In this document: one piece after another, positions 11,901 to 25,195 of the stretch | How positions within the stretch are numbered: the first letter of the stretch is position 1 | Layout: each line of letters opens with the position of its first letter | NCBI GenBank assembly: GCA_963795855.1 | Contig: CAWCIZ010000002.1 | Location: forward strand, 256,001-320,000 | Reading direction: 5' to 3' | Length of the DNA stretch: 64,000 nucleotides | Source of the DNA: Vulcanimicrobiota bacterium | Lineage (GTDB): Bacteria > Vulcanimicrobiota > Vulcanimicrobiia > Vulcanimicrobiales > Vulcanimicrobiaceae | Program-made: the position numbers and the translations under genes | The notes under the pieces: model-generated | The model's database searches: none | What the model saw: only the letters and a program-made list of their open reading frames with translations | What the model was told of the DNA's origin: nothing

Positions 11901-11957
11901 GACTTCGCCGGTAATTGCGTTGCGAAGTGCCGTTTCCAATCCATGCGCGTCTTTCAC
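8915..11957 (-). CDS. FAD-binding and Fe-S oxidoreductase (GlcD/GlcF-like, YdiJ type; several frameshifts)
   Basis: DASVY, RGCGTSLAGQ, GGMIGNNSCG, SGEHGDG, CLACKGCKGDCP and CCG motifs in consecutive frames. Confidence 0.85.
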
Positions 11958-12026
11958 CGCTCTAGGTCCTTCCCGCGTGCATCGCTCTCACACGCGGGGG
12001 GCGCTTCGTCGGTAAAGCCGGAACCC

Positions 12027-12749
12027 GTGCAATCACAACGCCGGTTATCAAAATCGTATTCGTCGATTGCGATAGCACTTGCCGCGATCGCGGGCGCAGT
12101 CGACGGCACGGGGTATCTGCTGCTGTACCATGTGTTCACCTCCCACATGAGCGGCAACACGGTCGCGCTGATGCTGCACGTCGCCAGCCGAGATTGGCGC
12201 GAAGCGTGGCGTCATTTCGAACCGATCGTGTTGTTCTTCTTCGGCATTCTGGCCGGCATAGCGTTGACCGACGTGCTCACTGCGAAACGGGTCGCTCGCA
12301 TGTTTTCGATCGTTGCGGGTTTGGAATTCGTGCTGCTCGCGATCTTTTTCGCGCTCGCTAACCCGGTGCACCAATGGATGGTGGTGTGGCCGGCGAGCGC
12401 GATGGGCGTTCAGAACGCGATGCTTCGGCGCGTCGGACATCACCGCGTGCGCACCACGTTCGTTACGGGCATGCTGACGAATACCGCACAAGGTCTGGTG
12501 GAGACGGTTCAAGCGCTGGCGGCGCGAACCGGCGAGGCAAGCGAGAAGTTTGCCGACTTTGCGTTTTACGGGAGTATCTGGCTCTGTTTTGCCGTCGGCG
12601 GGATCCTGGCGGCGTTCATCGCGCTCGGACACGGCCGGGACGCGCTGCTCCTTCCGTTGGCCGGGCTTGCCGCACTCATCGCGTACGACATCGTGAGCCC
12701 ATTTACGGCAGAATCGGCGGAGCAGGCATCGGGCGAGGCATCTTCGTAA
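12027..12749 (+). CDS. YoaK/DUF1275 membrane protein
   Basis: AGAVD...FTSHMSGNT and AMGVQN...TTFVTG motifs. Confidence 0.85.
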   Translation: MQSQRRLSKSYSSIAIALAAIAGAVDGTGYLLLYHVFTSHMSGNTVALMLHVASRDWREAWRHFEPIVLFFFGILAGIALTDVLTAKRVARMFSIVAGLEFVLLAIFFALANPVHQWMVVWPASAMGVQNAMLRRVGHHRVRTTFVTGMLTNTAQGLVETVQALAARTGEASEKFADFAFYGSIWLCFAVGGILAAFIALGHGRDALLLPLAGLAALIAYDIVSPFTAESAEQASGEASS

Positions 12750-12762
12750 TGTTCAGCCCGAA

Positions 12763-12861
12763 ATGACTGTATCGCTCGTCTTCCTTCTGTGCGGTTTCGG
12801 AGTACTGCTCACCGCGATTTTCTATTTCGGCGGCATCTACGAATCGAACAGGCAGAGTTAG
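12763..12861 (+). CDS. Putative 32-aa single-pass membrane peptide
   Basis: Manual translation MTVSLVFLLCGFGVLLTAIFYFGGIYESNRQS, directly after the YoaK gene. Confidence 0.4.
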   Translation: MTVSLVFLLCGFGVLLTAIFYFGGIYESNRQS

Positions 12862-12939
12862 CGCTTCACGATCCGCAGGCGCAAGCACGCCTCACTTTGC
12901 GGCTCGCGTGAGCAGCCATCAGTATCGATCGTACCCGCT

Positions 12940-13476
12940 TCACGCCTGCGGCCACTCGAATACGCGTGCGAGCATGGCGGAGCGTTTGTTCACGCCTATC
13001 TTTGCGTAGAGGTGCTTGAAGTACTCGCAAACCGTCGATTCGGCAATGTTCAGCCGCTCCCCGATCTCGCGCGCTTCCAGGCCTTCGAGCATCAGTTCCA
13101 GCACTTCGCGCTCGCGTTTGCTCAAATGATACCGATGGGCCGCGGAACGCAGGGGGTCGCGCGACTGGAGCCTTTCCAGCGATACGGCAATGCACGTGCC
13201 GGAGGGGCCGACTAAAACCGACGTTCTCACGATGAGACCGGTTACCAACACGGCGGTTTCGCCGACCGCATTTTCGTCGGTGAGCGAATTTTCAGTGAGG
13301 TTGCGGACGACGTTCTCTATCGGTTCGGGAAGCCGATCAGGCGCATCGCGCACCATGCCGGCTTCACTGATAAAACTTTGCAGGCGCGGTTCGGCAATCA
13401 CGATGCGATAATCGCGGTCGAGGACCACCAAACAAGGCGCCGACCGCTTGCGGAGCACGCCGGCAGCGAGCTTCAA
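12940..13476 (-). CDS. LuxR-family HTH regulator with a small N-terminal sensor domain
   Basis: LSKREREVLELMLEGL...EIGERLNIAESTV; TATAAT at about 13537-13542. Confidence 0.85.
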   Translation of the reverse strand: MKLAAGVLRKRSAPCLVVLDRDYRIVIAEPRLQSFISEAGMVRDAPDRLPEPIENVVRNLTENSLTDENAVGETAVLVTGLIVRTSVLVGPSGTCIAVSLERLQSRDPLRSAAHRYHLSKREREVLELMLEGLEAREIGERLNIAESTVCEYFKHLYAKIGVNKRSAMLARVFEWPQA

Positions 13477-13628
13477 ATTGGGTGTCTCTCAGCATCTACG
13501 CAACAACTATGTCCCGCTACCTGTTGATGAGTGTTCATTATACGTGCAGTCGTCTCCATTCCGGGATACCGATTGGGTGCTAGCCCTTGGGCACTTTGGG
13601 CACTCGAATTTCCGGCACGACTGACGAA

Positions 13629-13654
13629 GAGAGCGGCGTTTACACGCCGCTCCC
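13629..13654 (-). terminator. Hairpin immediately downstream of rpoB
   Basis: GAGCGGCG-TGTAAA-CGCCGCTC followed by TCTTC (weak U tract). Confidence 0.55.
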
Positions 13655-13661
13655 GCTTTGT

Positions 13662-17579
<3,918 letters not shown>

Positions 17580-17635
17580 TATCTATTTCTCTCTCAGCCA
17601 GGTAAATGAAGGTGGGCGCACTATGCCGCGGGCAC

Positions 17636-17690
17636 GCGAAAAAGAACGAGACGTCCCTCCGAAATGAGCGGGGGCACTCGTTCTTCTTTA
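17636..17690 (-). promoter_or_regulatory. Attenuator/terminator-like hairpin in the rpoB leader
   Basis: AAGAACGAG...CTCGTTCTTTTT stem with a U tract between the promoter and the start codon. Confidence 0.5.
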
Positions 17691-17724
17691 TATATGCCTT
17701 ATCGGGCGCTGGGCATAGGCGACT

Positions 17725-17753
17725 AGTATAGCACCGCCCGGGAGGCCGTGCAA
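17725..17753 (-). promoter_or_regulatory. Sigma70-type promoter of rpoB
   Basis: TTGCAC-17 bp-TATACT with an extended TG. Confidence 0.7.
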
Positions 17754-17756
17754 GGG

Positions 17757-17915
17757 TTAGCGCGTGCGGTGGATGACGTGGATGCGGACGCGTCCCCGAT
17801 CGCCCCGAAGGGCGGCGCCGACCATGAGGCCGACGATGCCGAGAACCGGCAGGACGGAGACCCAGAGGGCGACTACTTGCGTGAGATACGGGTGAGCGAA
17901 CGTCGAGGTTACCAT
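17757..17915 (-). CDS. Small membrane protein (52 aa)
   Basis: GGAG RBS; MVTSTFAHPYLTQVVALWVSVLPVLGIVGLMVGAALRG; basic tail. Confidence 0.5.
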   Translation of the reverse strand: MVTSTFAHPYLTQVVALWVSVLPVLGIVGLMVGAALRGDRGRVRIHVIHRTR

Positions 17916-17956
17916 AGTTGCTCCACATAACGCGCAAACGGCGCGATTGGATGCAC

Positions 17957-18894
17957 CTATCGCGGCGCAGTATTTCGTCCAGCCGGCTCTGCGCCTGGGA
18001 TGCAATTTCGCGCACGATTTGCGATGCCGGCTTCACCTCGCGCAGCAAGCCCACCGATTGTCCCGCGTAGAGTTTCTCTTTCGGATCGAACTGCGACCGC
18101 GCTCGTTCGTCCGTCATGAGCGCGTCCTCGTTTCCGGTCCACCGTTCCAGAAACGGCGTGCGCAGCGCGCGAGCGCCGAACTCGTGCGGCCACGCTTTTC
18201 CGGTAACGCGATCGTACACGCGCGTGTAGATGGTTTGCGTTTCGTCGCCCGCACGAAGCCGTTCGCGCGCGTTTTCCGTATTGCGCGCTTCTTGCGCGAG
18301 CAGAAAGGGCGTGCCGATCCAAGCGCCGCTCGCACCGGCCGCAACTACCGCGGCGAGTCCGCGTCCGGTTGCGATTCCGCCCGCCGCCAAAACCGGTTTC
18401 TCGGTCATCTCGAGCACGATTTGCAGCAGCGGCAGCGTGCCGACCGCCGAGCCTGCATGACCGCCCGCTTCGGTGCCTTGCGCGACGAGCATGTCGACGC
18501 CGGCATCCAGAGCGATCTGTGCCCACGCGCGGCTTTGCACTTGCGAACAAAGACGTATGCCGGCCGCGTGAACGCGTCGCGCGTATGGGGCGGGATCGCC
18601 GAATGAAATGCTGATCAGGTTCGGTTTCGCCGCTAACGCGATATCGAGCAGCTGCGGGCGGCGTTCGAGCACCCAGGCGACCAACCCGATCCCGAACGGC
18701 ACGGCCGGCGCTTGTTGTAAAATTTCGATTTGCTCGGCGATTTGCGCTTCGTTTTCGTCTTCATCGAAGCCGAGCATGCCGAATGCGCCGGCCTCGCTGA
18801 CTGCGCGCGCGAGCGCTCCGCCGGCCTGCGGCGTCATCGGCGCGTTCACGATGGGGACGCGAATCCCGAACAAGTCGCACAGCGCCGTCTTCAT
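17957..18894 (-). CDS. Nitronate monooxygenase (3' end uncertain)
   Basis: PIVNAPM, QGTEAGGH, AAGGIATGRG, GTPF, YAGQSVG. Confidence 0.9.
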
Positions 18895-18926
18895 CTCACG
18901 TCATCCCGCATGAGGATGAGCGAGTT

Positions 18927-19130
18927 CTATTCCGCTGAGGTAAGGAACCTCTGCGCGGGCACGAACGCAGCCAGGCCGATGATCGCCGGGCGTTGTGCGG
19001 CAGGCTTGCGCGCGCGGCGCAGACCTTCGAAGAACCGTGCACCGATCATGATCGCGAAGAGCGCGACGAACGGAATGAGCGCAAAGTAAAAGGCGGCGCT
19101 TTGTACGGCGTAAGTGTGCCCGTTATGCAT
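18927..19130 (-). CDS. Small membrane protein (67 aa)
   Basis: One TM helix followed by a basic stretch; TGATACACT -10-like element upstream. Confidence 0.45.
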   Translation of the reverse strand: MHNGHTYAVQSAAFYFALIPFVALFAIMIGARFFEGLRRARKPAAQRPAIIGLAAFVPAQRFLTSAE

Positions 19131-19258
19131 GTCGCGGCGTAGTGTATCACAGCGCGCTTCCTTTGGCTACCACTCTTCACAGACTGGCGGCGCCCTCGCT
19201 TGCACGAAGTGCACTTTGCCGCGTTTGCCGCACACCTCCGCTGCGGCAAAACGTGCGC

Positions 19259-19822
19259 ATGAAAGATTTCAAACGAGCGAAAGAGCCGAAGACGCCGGTT
19301 TCCGGGCCGTACGGGCATCCGATTCATCCGCTGCTCGTTACGGTGCCGATCGGCGCGTGGATTTCCAGCGTGGGATTCGATTTCATCGGGCCGGCCAGCG
19401 AAGACGAGTGGGCGTACGCGATCGGTGCGAAGCGCCTCATCGATATCGGCTTGATCACCGCAACCGGCGCAGCGATGTTCGGCGTGCTCGATTTTCTGCA
19501 GATACCGCCGCGTACGCGCGCCTGGTATACGGGACTCGCGCATATGGGCATGAACGCTGCGGCGCTCGGCTTGTTCGCACTGAACAGCGCGAGCCGCGCG
19601 CGCACGATTCGCGAGCGCAGCCCCGGCCCGTCCGTTACATGGTATCAGCGCAGCATGTCGGTGATGACCGCGATGTCGCTCCTGGTTTCCGGATGGATCG
19701 GCGGATCGCTCACGTACCACTACGGCGTTCGCGTCGCGGACGAAGACCACCAGAAAGAGACCGGCTATTCGGCTACGGACAATCAGGCCTGGACGCAGTC
19801 GCTGATGGAAAATCTCCGCTAG
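19259..19822 (+). CDS. DUF2231 membrane protein
   Basis: GHPIHPLLVTVPIG...H...N...SGWIGGSLTYHYG motifs. Confidence 0.85.
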   Translation: MKDFKRAKEPKTPVSGPYGHPIHPLLVTVPIGAWISSVGFDFIGPASEDEWAYAIGAKRLIDIGLITATGAAMFGVLDFLQIPPRTRAWYTGLAHMGMNAAALGLFALNSASRARTIRERSPGPSVTWYQRSMSVMTAMSLLVSGWIGGSLTYHYGVRVADEDHQKETGYSATDNQAWTQSLMENLR

Positions 19823-19889
19823 CGAGCGACGTTTCGCCCAGGGCCGGGACGGGCAAATAGGTGCAAATATATGGAGGGTCCTCCAGCGG

Positions 19890-20330
19890 GTGAAATGGTC
19901 AATCGATTCCGCTGACGCTTATTCCGTGGCCAAGGTGCGGCGTGCGGTCATCGATGCGCTTAGAGGCCTGACCTCGCCGAACACGGACCTGTTCACGGTC
20001 GAGACGGTCTTGGGCGAGTTGCTCGGCGCGGAAATGGAACGCGGCCATCTGGCGCTCGTCGTCACCATCGAACGCAGCGTCGGCGGCCCGTCCGTGCACC
20101 TTTACACCCAAGGACGTCCCGGCGTTTCCGCGACCCAGGGCGAACTTCGGCAAGCCATTCTTCAAGGGACGCGCGTTCCGATGTCGATCGAAGTGAGCGC
20201 GCAGGGAACGCACGTCGTCATACGGGTTCCCATGGATTACGAAAGCAGCGCGAACCCCACGCTGTGGCGGGCCGCGTCGGAATTCGCGCGCTCGCGCATA
20301 AAAACAGTAACGGATCGGCTGAAAGCATAA
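19890..20330 (+). CDS. Hypothetical protein, degenerate RsbW/HATPase-like fold
   Basis: GGAGG RBS; VRRAV...ETVLGELLGA...HLYTQG...GTHVVIRVP mirrors anti-sigma kinase architecture. Confidence 0.55.
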   Translation: MKWSIDSADAYSVAKVRRAVIDALRGLTSPNTDLFTVETVLGELLGAEMERGHLALVVTIERSVGGPSVHLYTQGRPGVSATQGELRQAILQGTRVPMSIEVSAQGTHVVIRVPMDYESSANPTLWRAASEFARSRIKTVTDRLKA

Positions 20331-20339
20331 ATCCCCCGC

Positions 20340-21668
20340 ATGCCGAGAGTGGCGGGGTTTTTCGTTCGCGTCTTCGAGTACGCGATACCGGATCCGTACG
20401 TCTTCGCCGTGGGCTTGTCCATCGTCACGGCAATACTCGCATTCATCTTCGCACCGCATCACGCGCTCGGAGCCGTGCTCGCGGCCTGGTACGCCGGAAT
20501 ATTCGAACCGGGAAATTTGGGATTCGCGCTGCAGATGATTCTGATTCTCGTCACCGGCTATGCGCTCGCGAACAGCGCTCCGGTGGCCGGAGTATTGCAG
20601 TGGCTTGCTTCGCGTCCGCGCACGACCAAGGGCGCCGTGAGCCTTACCTTCGTCGTGTCGGCGATTGCGTGTTGGCTGAACTGGGGCTTCGGCCTCGTCG
20701 TCGCCGCGCTTTTCGCGCGGCAAATTGCAGCGCGTATGCGCATCGACTTCGGCTGGCTCGTCGCCGCGGCGTATAGCGGATTTCTGATTTGGGCGAGCGG
20801 CATCTCGAGTTCGATCGCCCTCGCGCAAGCGACGCCGGGAAACAAACTCAACATCGTGCAGCAGATAACGGGGCACACCCTGCCCATCGGCACGACGATC
20901 TTCACCGCTTTCAATCTGATACCGTGCGCGGTGCTCGTGCTGGTGCTGCCGTTCGTTTTCCGCGCACTCGAGCCGTCCGACGTCGTCGCCGGAAACGTTG
21001 ACGCCGAACCGGCAAAGCCGCCCGTCGAACGGGGAGCAACGCTCGCGGGCGCACTGGACAATGCCTGGATCCTCAATGCGATTCTCGCCGTCGCCGGACT
21101 TGGTTACATCGTCTCGACGTGGCTTCGCGCCGGTTTCTATCTGGACATCAACGCCGTCATCTTCATCTTTTTCTGCGCGGGCCTGCTGTTGCATTGGACC
21201 CCCGCGCGCTACGTGCAGGCCGTAAATGGCGCCGCACGCGTTACGGGTCCGCTGATCATCCAATATCCTATCTATTTCGGCATCATGGGCATCATGACGG
21301 CCACGGGACTCGCCGGTGTGATCGCGCAGTGGTTCGTCGCTTTCTCCACCGCCGGTACGTTGCCGTTCTGGAGCTTCGTCAGTTCGATCGTAATCAGTTT
21401 GTTCGTGCCGAGCGGCGGCGGGCATTGGGCCGTGCAAGGCCCCTTTGCCGTGCCCGCGGCGGTGAAACTGCATGCATCGCTGCCTGCAACGGCGATGGGC
21501 GTGGCGATCGGCGAGCAAGTTGCGAACATGATTCAGCCTTTTTGGGCGCTGCCGGTGCTCGCCATCGCCGGCGTGAGCTTGCGGCGCGTGATGCCGTTCA
21601 CCGTCCTGAGTTTCGCGATCGCTTTCGTCGTCTTCGGGCTCTCGCTCTTATTCCTCATACCGCGGTAG
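20340..21668 (+). CDS. atoE: Short-chain fatty acid transporter (AtoE family)
   Basis: PDPYVFA, FALQMILILVTG, NWGFGL, FVPSGGGHWAVQGP, NMIQPFWALP. Confidence 0.9.
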   Translation: MPRVAGFFVRVFEYAIPDPYVFAVGLSIVTAILAFIFAPHHALGAVLAAWYAGIFEPGNLGFALQMILILVTGYALANSAPVAGVLQWLASRPRTTKGAVSLTFVVSAIACWLNWGFGLVVAALFARQIAARMRIDFGWLVAAAYSGFLIWASGISSSIALAQATPGNKLNIVQQITGHTLPIGTTIFTAFNLIPCAVLVLVLPFVFRALEPSDVVAGNVDAEPAKPPVERGATLAGALDNAWILNAILAVAGLGYIVSTWLRAGFYLDINAVIFIFFCAGLLLHWTPARYVQAVNGAARVTGPLIIQYPIYFGIMGIMTATGLAGVIAQWFVAFSTAGTLPFWSFVSSIVISLFVPSGGGHWAVQGPFAVPAAVKLHASLPATAMGVAIGEQVANMIQPFWALPVLAIAGVSLRRVMPFTVLSFAIAFVVFGLSLLFLIPR

Positions 21669-21678
21669 CATCGGCACG

Positions 21679-22359
21679 CTACTCGGCGTCATGCAGAATG
21701 ATGCCGAGGGCGTAGCGTTCGCCGCTGCGCACTTCACTGACGCCGTGCCGGAATACCGTGCGGTAGACGCCGCTCTTTCCTCGAACGGGGCGATAGCGGT
21801 TCGGAATGACGACACATTCGCCTTGCTCCGGAGCGATCACAATCGCTCGGCTTTGCGCGCGCGGCCTCTGCTCGAGCAGCACGAATTCGCCGCCTTCGTA
21901 TTCCGATCGTTGGCTCAGAAAGAACGTCGCTTGAAACGGAAATGCCTGTTCGCCGTACGTATCCTGATGCATGCAGTTGTAATCGCCGGCGCGGTACCGC
22001 AAGAGCAGTGCGGTGGGCCGCGTCTGGCCATGCGCCGCGCATTCGAGCAAGTACTGCTGCAGTGCGAGCGGATAGCGCTGCGGCAGACGCAACAGCTCGT
22101 TCCAGTGATTGGCAACCGGCGCCAGCGCGCGGTAAAGATCTTCACGCAGTTCGGCGACCTGCGGCGCAAGCGGATATGAGAAATATTTGTACTCGCCGCT
22201 GCCGAAGTTGTGCCGCTCCATCACGACGCGCGAACGGAATCGCGAATCGTCGGCCCACAGTTCGCGCAGCAGGCGGCAGACTTCGGCGCTGAGGGCCTGC
22301 GGCCGGCGCGCGTATCCCCGGCTCAAGAGCTGTTCTTCGAGGTTCATTTCCTCAAGCAT
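21679..22359 (-). CDS. 2OG-Fe(II) oxygenase (DUF2086 family)
   Basis: DYNCMHQD, EQRPRAQSR, RHGVSEVRSGER...GIILHDA. Confidence 0.9.
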   Translation of the reverse strand: MLEEMNLEEQLLSRGYARRPQALSAEVCRLLRELWADDSRFRSRVVMERHNFGSGEYKYFSYPLAPQVAELREDLYRALAPVANHWNELLRLPQRYPLALQQYLLECAAHGQTRPTALLLRYRAGDYNCMHQDTYGEQAFPFQATFFLSQRSEYEGGEFVLLEQRPRAQSRAIVIAPEQGECVVIPNRYRPVRGKSGVYRTVFRHGVSEVRSGERYALGIILHDAE

Positions 22360-22404
22360 GACACGACCGCGAAGGCGTCATCCACCCGGAAGTTGCCGGC
22401 GCAT

Positions 22405-22879
22405 CTATTGCAGCTTCAATTGCATGTAGGTCGGCGAGGCGTACGTGACCGGCGCATACGGCTCGCACTGCTCGAATCCGAGCGATACGTACAGGGAGTA
22501 CGCCTGCGGCAGCTGCGTCCGATCCGTGTCCAGCACGATCCGCTCGTACCCTCGCTCTCGCGCGAAGGTGACTGGCGGCACTCACCAGCGCGCGTGCGGC
22601 TCCCTTCCCGCGATGCGGCGGTTCGACGTAAAGCCGCTGCACCACGCCGGCGGCGCGTTCGAGCGCGATCACTGCCGCGCAGCCGCCGTCGTGCCCGTCG
22701 ATCGTTGCGATGAAGGCCGCATTCTCGCCGCGGTACAGCGCGCTCATGACGGCAAGCGGCAGCGGCGCGCCATGCCGCAAATCAACCGGCAGGTCGCGTT
22801 CGTACTCGGCGAGCAACTCGTGCAACCGTTCGAAATCCGCGGGCGCTTGCGCGCGCCGCACGAGCACGCCGGCGCTCAA
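22405..22879 (-). CDS. GNAT acetyltransferase (frameshift near 22570)
   Basis: RLYVEPPHRGKGAAR, then in the next frame GYERIVLDT...AYSLYVSLGF. Confidence 0.75.
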
Positions 22880-23508
22880 TGCTTCAAAATGGGCGTTTGG
22901 CCCAAACCGTTGAGGACGAACTGCACGGCGAGCGCCGCGAGGATGATGCCGAGAACTCGCGTCACCACGTGGATGCCCGTCATACCGATGAGATGCTGAT
23001 ACCGCGCCGCGCCGCGCATGAAGAGCCACGTGATGACCAGCGCCGCGGCGCATGCGATGAATACCGTGAGCAAGCGCATTCCGTCGTTGTGCGCCAGATT
23101 TACGAGCAGCATGACCGTCGCGATCGTGCCCGGGCCCGAAATCATCGGAATCGCAAGCGGAAACACCGCCGGATTTTCGCGCAGCGCCGCATCGCGCTCT
23201 TCCTCTTCAGTGCGCTTCGCGCCCGTCGGACGCGCAAAGAGCATGTCTATTGCGATCAGGAACAGCAGGATGCCGCCCGCGATCAGGAACGCTGCAAGCG
23301 TTATGCCCAAATAGTTCAAGAGCGGGCGGCCGATGAGACCCATCACGAGCATCACGGCCGCCGCGACGATGACGGCCTGATCGACGATCTTGGCGCGGCG
23401 ATCCGGCGGCAGCGCAACCGTCGCGGCCAACGTCAACGGGATCATCCCGATCGGGTCGATAATCGTGAACGCGGTGGCGAACGCGGTCAGCGCGAACTTG
23501 ACGTCCAA
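22876..23508 (-). CDS. MarC family membrane protein
   Basis: IIDPIG, AGGILLF, AVFPLAIPMISGPG. Confidence 0.92.
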   Translation of the reverse strand: MDVKFALTAFATAFTIIDPIGMIPLTLAATVALPPDRRAKIVDQAVIVAAAVMLVMGLIGRPLLNYLGITLAAFLIAGGILLFLIAIDMLFARPTGAKRTEEEERDAALRENPAVFPLAIPMISGPGTIATVMLLVNLAHNDGMRLLTVFIACAAALVITWLFMRGAARYQHLIGMTGIHVVTRVLGIILAALAVQFVLNGLGQTPILKH

Positions 23509-23511
23509 GCG

Positions 23512-24453
23512 TTACGCAAGTCTTTCGCGGCCGTGCGCGCTCGTCAAATCGAGAAGCGGCCCAATCGGCACGATGCGCGTCGGGTTAATTTCGTCGTGCG
23601 TGTAGTAATAGTGGCGCTTGATATGATCGAAATCGACCGTTTCGGCGACGCCGTCGTACTGATACAAATCGCGAAGATAGCCCCACAAGTTCGGGTAATC
23701 GACGATCCGCCGTAAGTTGCACTTGAAGTGACCGTAGTAAACCGCGTCGAAGCGGATCAGCGTCACGAACGTTCTCCAGTCCGTTTCGACCGGGTAGGCG
23801 GCGATCAGATAGCGGCGTCGTTCCAGCAGTTCCTCGAGCCGGTCGAGCGTTTCGAACACGCGATAGGCGGCGTGCTCGTACGCTCGCTGTGACGTCGCGA
23901 AGCCTGCTTTGTAAACGCCGTTGTTGAGCGTTTCGTAGATCCACTCGTTCAGCGCCTCGATCTCATCACGATGTTCCGGCGGATATAAATCGAGCGCGCC
24001 CCGGTCCCCCAACGCGTCGAACTCGGTTTCGAACATCCGCATGACGTCGTCGTCGGAGTTGCTGACGATGCTCTTCGTGCGCGTGTCCCAGAGGACCGGT
24101 ACGGTGACGCGTCCCCGGTACTGCGCGTCGGTCGCGGTATACGCTTCACTCAAGAACGCGAAGCCGTTGACGGGATCGGGTGAAAACCCCGGACCGTCGC
24201 GGAATGCCCAGCCGCGTTCGTCGCGCACGGGGTCGACGACCGTCATCCCGACCGCGTCTTCCAAATGCTTGAGTTTTCGCACGATGACGACGCGGCTAGC
24301 CCACGGACACGCGAGCGACACGTAGAGATGGTAGCGGCCCGCTTCAACCGGAAACCGGCCGCTCCCGTCCGCGCGAATCCAGCGCCTGAAGGCGTCGTCT
24401 TGGCGCTTGAACTGACCTTCTACGTGTTCGTCGGGGAACTGTGCTCTTGCCAC
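23512..24453 (-). CDS. Glutathionyl-hydroquinone reductase (YqjG/GST omega-like)
   Basis: GRYHLYVSLACPWA, TVPVLWD, NNGVYKAGFA, HIKRHYY. Confidence 0.92.
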   Translation of the reverse strand: MARAQFPDEHVEGQFKRQDDAFRRWIRADGSGRFPVEAGRYHLYVSLACPWASRVVIVRKLKHLEDAVGMTVVDPVRDERGWAFRDGPGFSPDPVNGFAFLSEAYTATDAQYRGRVTVPVLWDTRTKSIVSNSDDDVMRMFETEFDALGDRGALDLYPPEHRDEIEALNEWIYETLNNGVYKAGFATSQRAYEHAAYRVFETLDRLEELLERRRYLIAAYPVETDWRTFVTLIRFDAVYYGHFKCNLRRIVDYPNLWGYLRDLYQYDGVAETVDFDHIKRHYYYTHDEINPTRIVPIGPLLDLTSAHGRERLA

Positions 24454-25109
24454 TGCGGTGCTTCTACTTCACCGCGAACGGCCTCGCCTTTGCCGGACTG
24501 CTCGCCCACCATGCGGCGCGCCTCGTCGATCGCGATCTCTTTGAGATAGCGGTCCGTGCCGGGTTCTTGCTTCTTGCCTTCGCGCAGCGCTCCGGCGTCG
24601 CACGGAACGAAGCCGGCGTCCTGGATGAGCTGCTCGATCTTCTTTTTCATCTGCGGATAGTCGCCTGCGTAGAAGATGACGAGTCCCTGTCCGGTGCGGT
24701 CGCGCAGCGTTTCGTCGCGAAGCGTGTTGAACGCCTTGATGACCTTCGCACCCTCCATCTTTCGCGCGACGCACTCGCTCGAGGAGAGTTCGTCGTCGAA
24801 CTTCTGCACGTGCATCTCGTCGTCGATGTACGGGTTCGTCGTGTCGATGACCGTCTCACCGTCGAAGCGGCCGATCTGCTTAATCGCCTCGTCCACTTGC
24901 CTCCAGGGTACGGAGAACAGCACGACTTCGGATAGCGACACGGCTTCGTACGGCGTCGCGGCGCGCGCGCCGTTTCCGCACTCTTGCGCCAGCCGTTCGA
25001 GTTTCTCTCGATCGTGCGCGAAACTGAAGAGCACCCGGTGTCCCGCTTTCGCCCACAAGCGGCCGAGCGTCGAGCCGATGTCTCCGGAGCCTACGATACC
25101 AATATTCAT
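24420..25109 (-). CDS. NADPH-dependent F420 reductase-like oxidoreductase
   Basis: MNIGIVGSGDIG, IDTTNP, VIKAFNT. Confidence 0.85.
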   Translation of the reverse strand: MNIGIVGSGDIGSTLGRLWAKAGHRVLFSFAHDREKLERLAQECGNGARAATPYEAVSLSEVVLFSVPWRQVDEAIKQIGRFDGETVIDTTNPYIDDEMHVQKFDDELSSSECVARKMEGAKVIKAFNTLRDETLRDRTGQGLVIFYAGDYPQMKKKIEQLIQDAGFVPCDAGALREGKKQEPGTDRYLKEIAIDEARRMVGEQSGKGEAVRGEVEAPQWQEHSSPTNT

Positions 25110-25195
25110 GCCGCCATTTTTCCCAACTGCGTCATGTGCATCGGTTTCGCCGTCGAAGTCGCGACTTACCGAACGCTTGAATTTCGAACTGCGGA

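Noticed and set aside
13587..13604. Direct repeat TTGGGCACT x2 upstream of the LuxR gene
   Set aside because: Only two copies and no second occurrence noticed; it could be an operator but the support is too weak.
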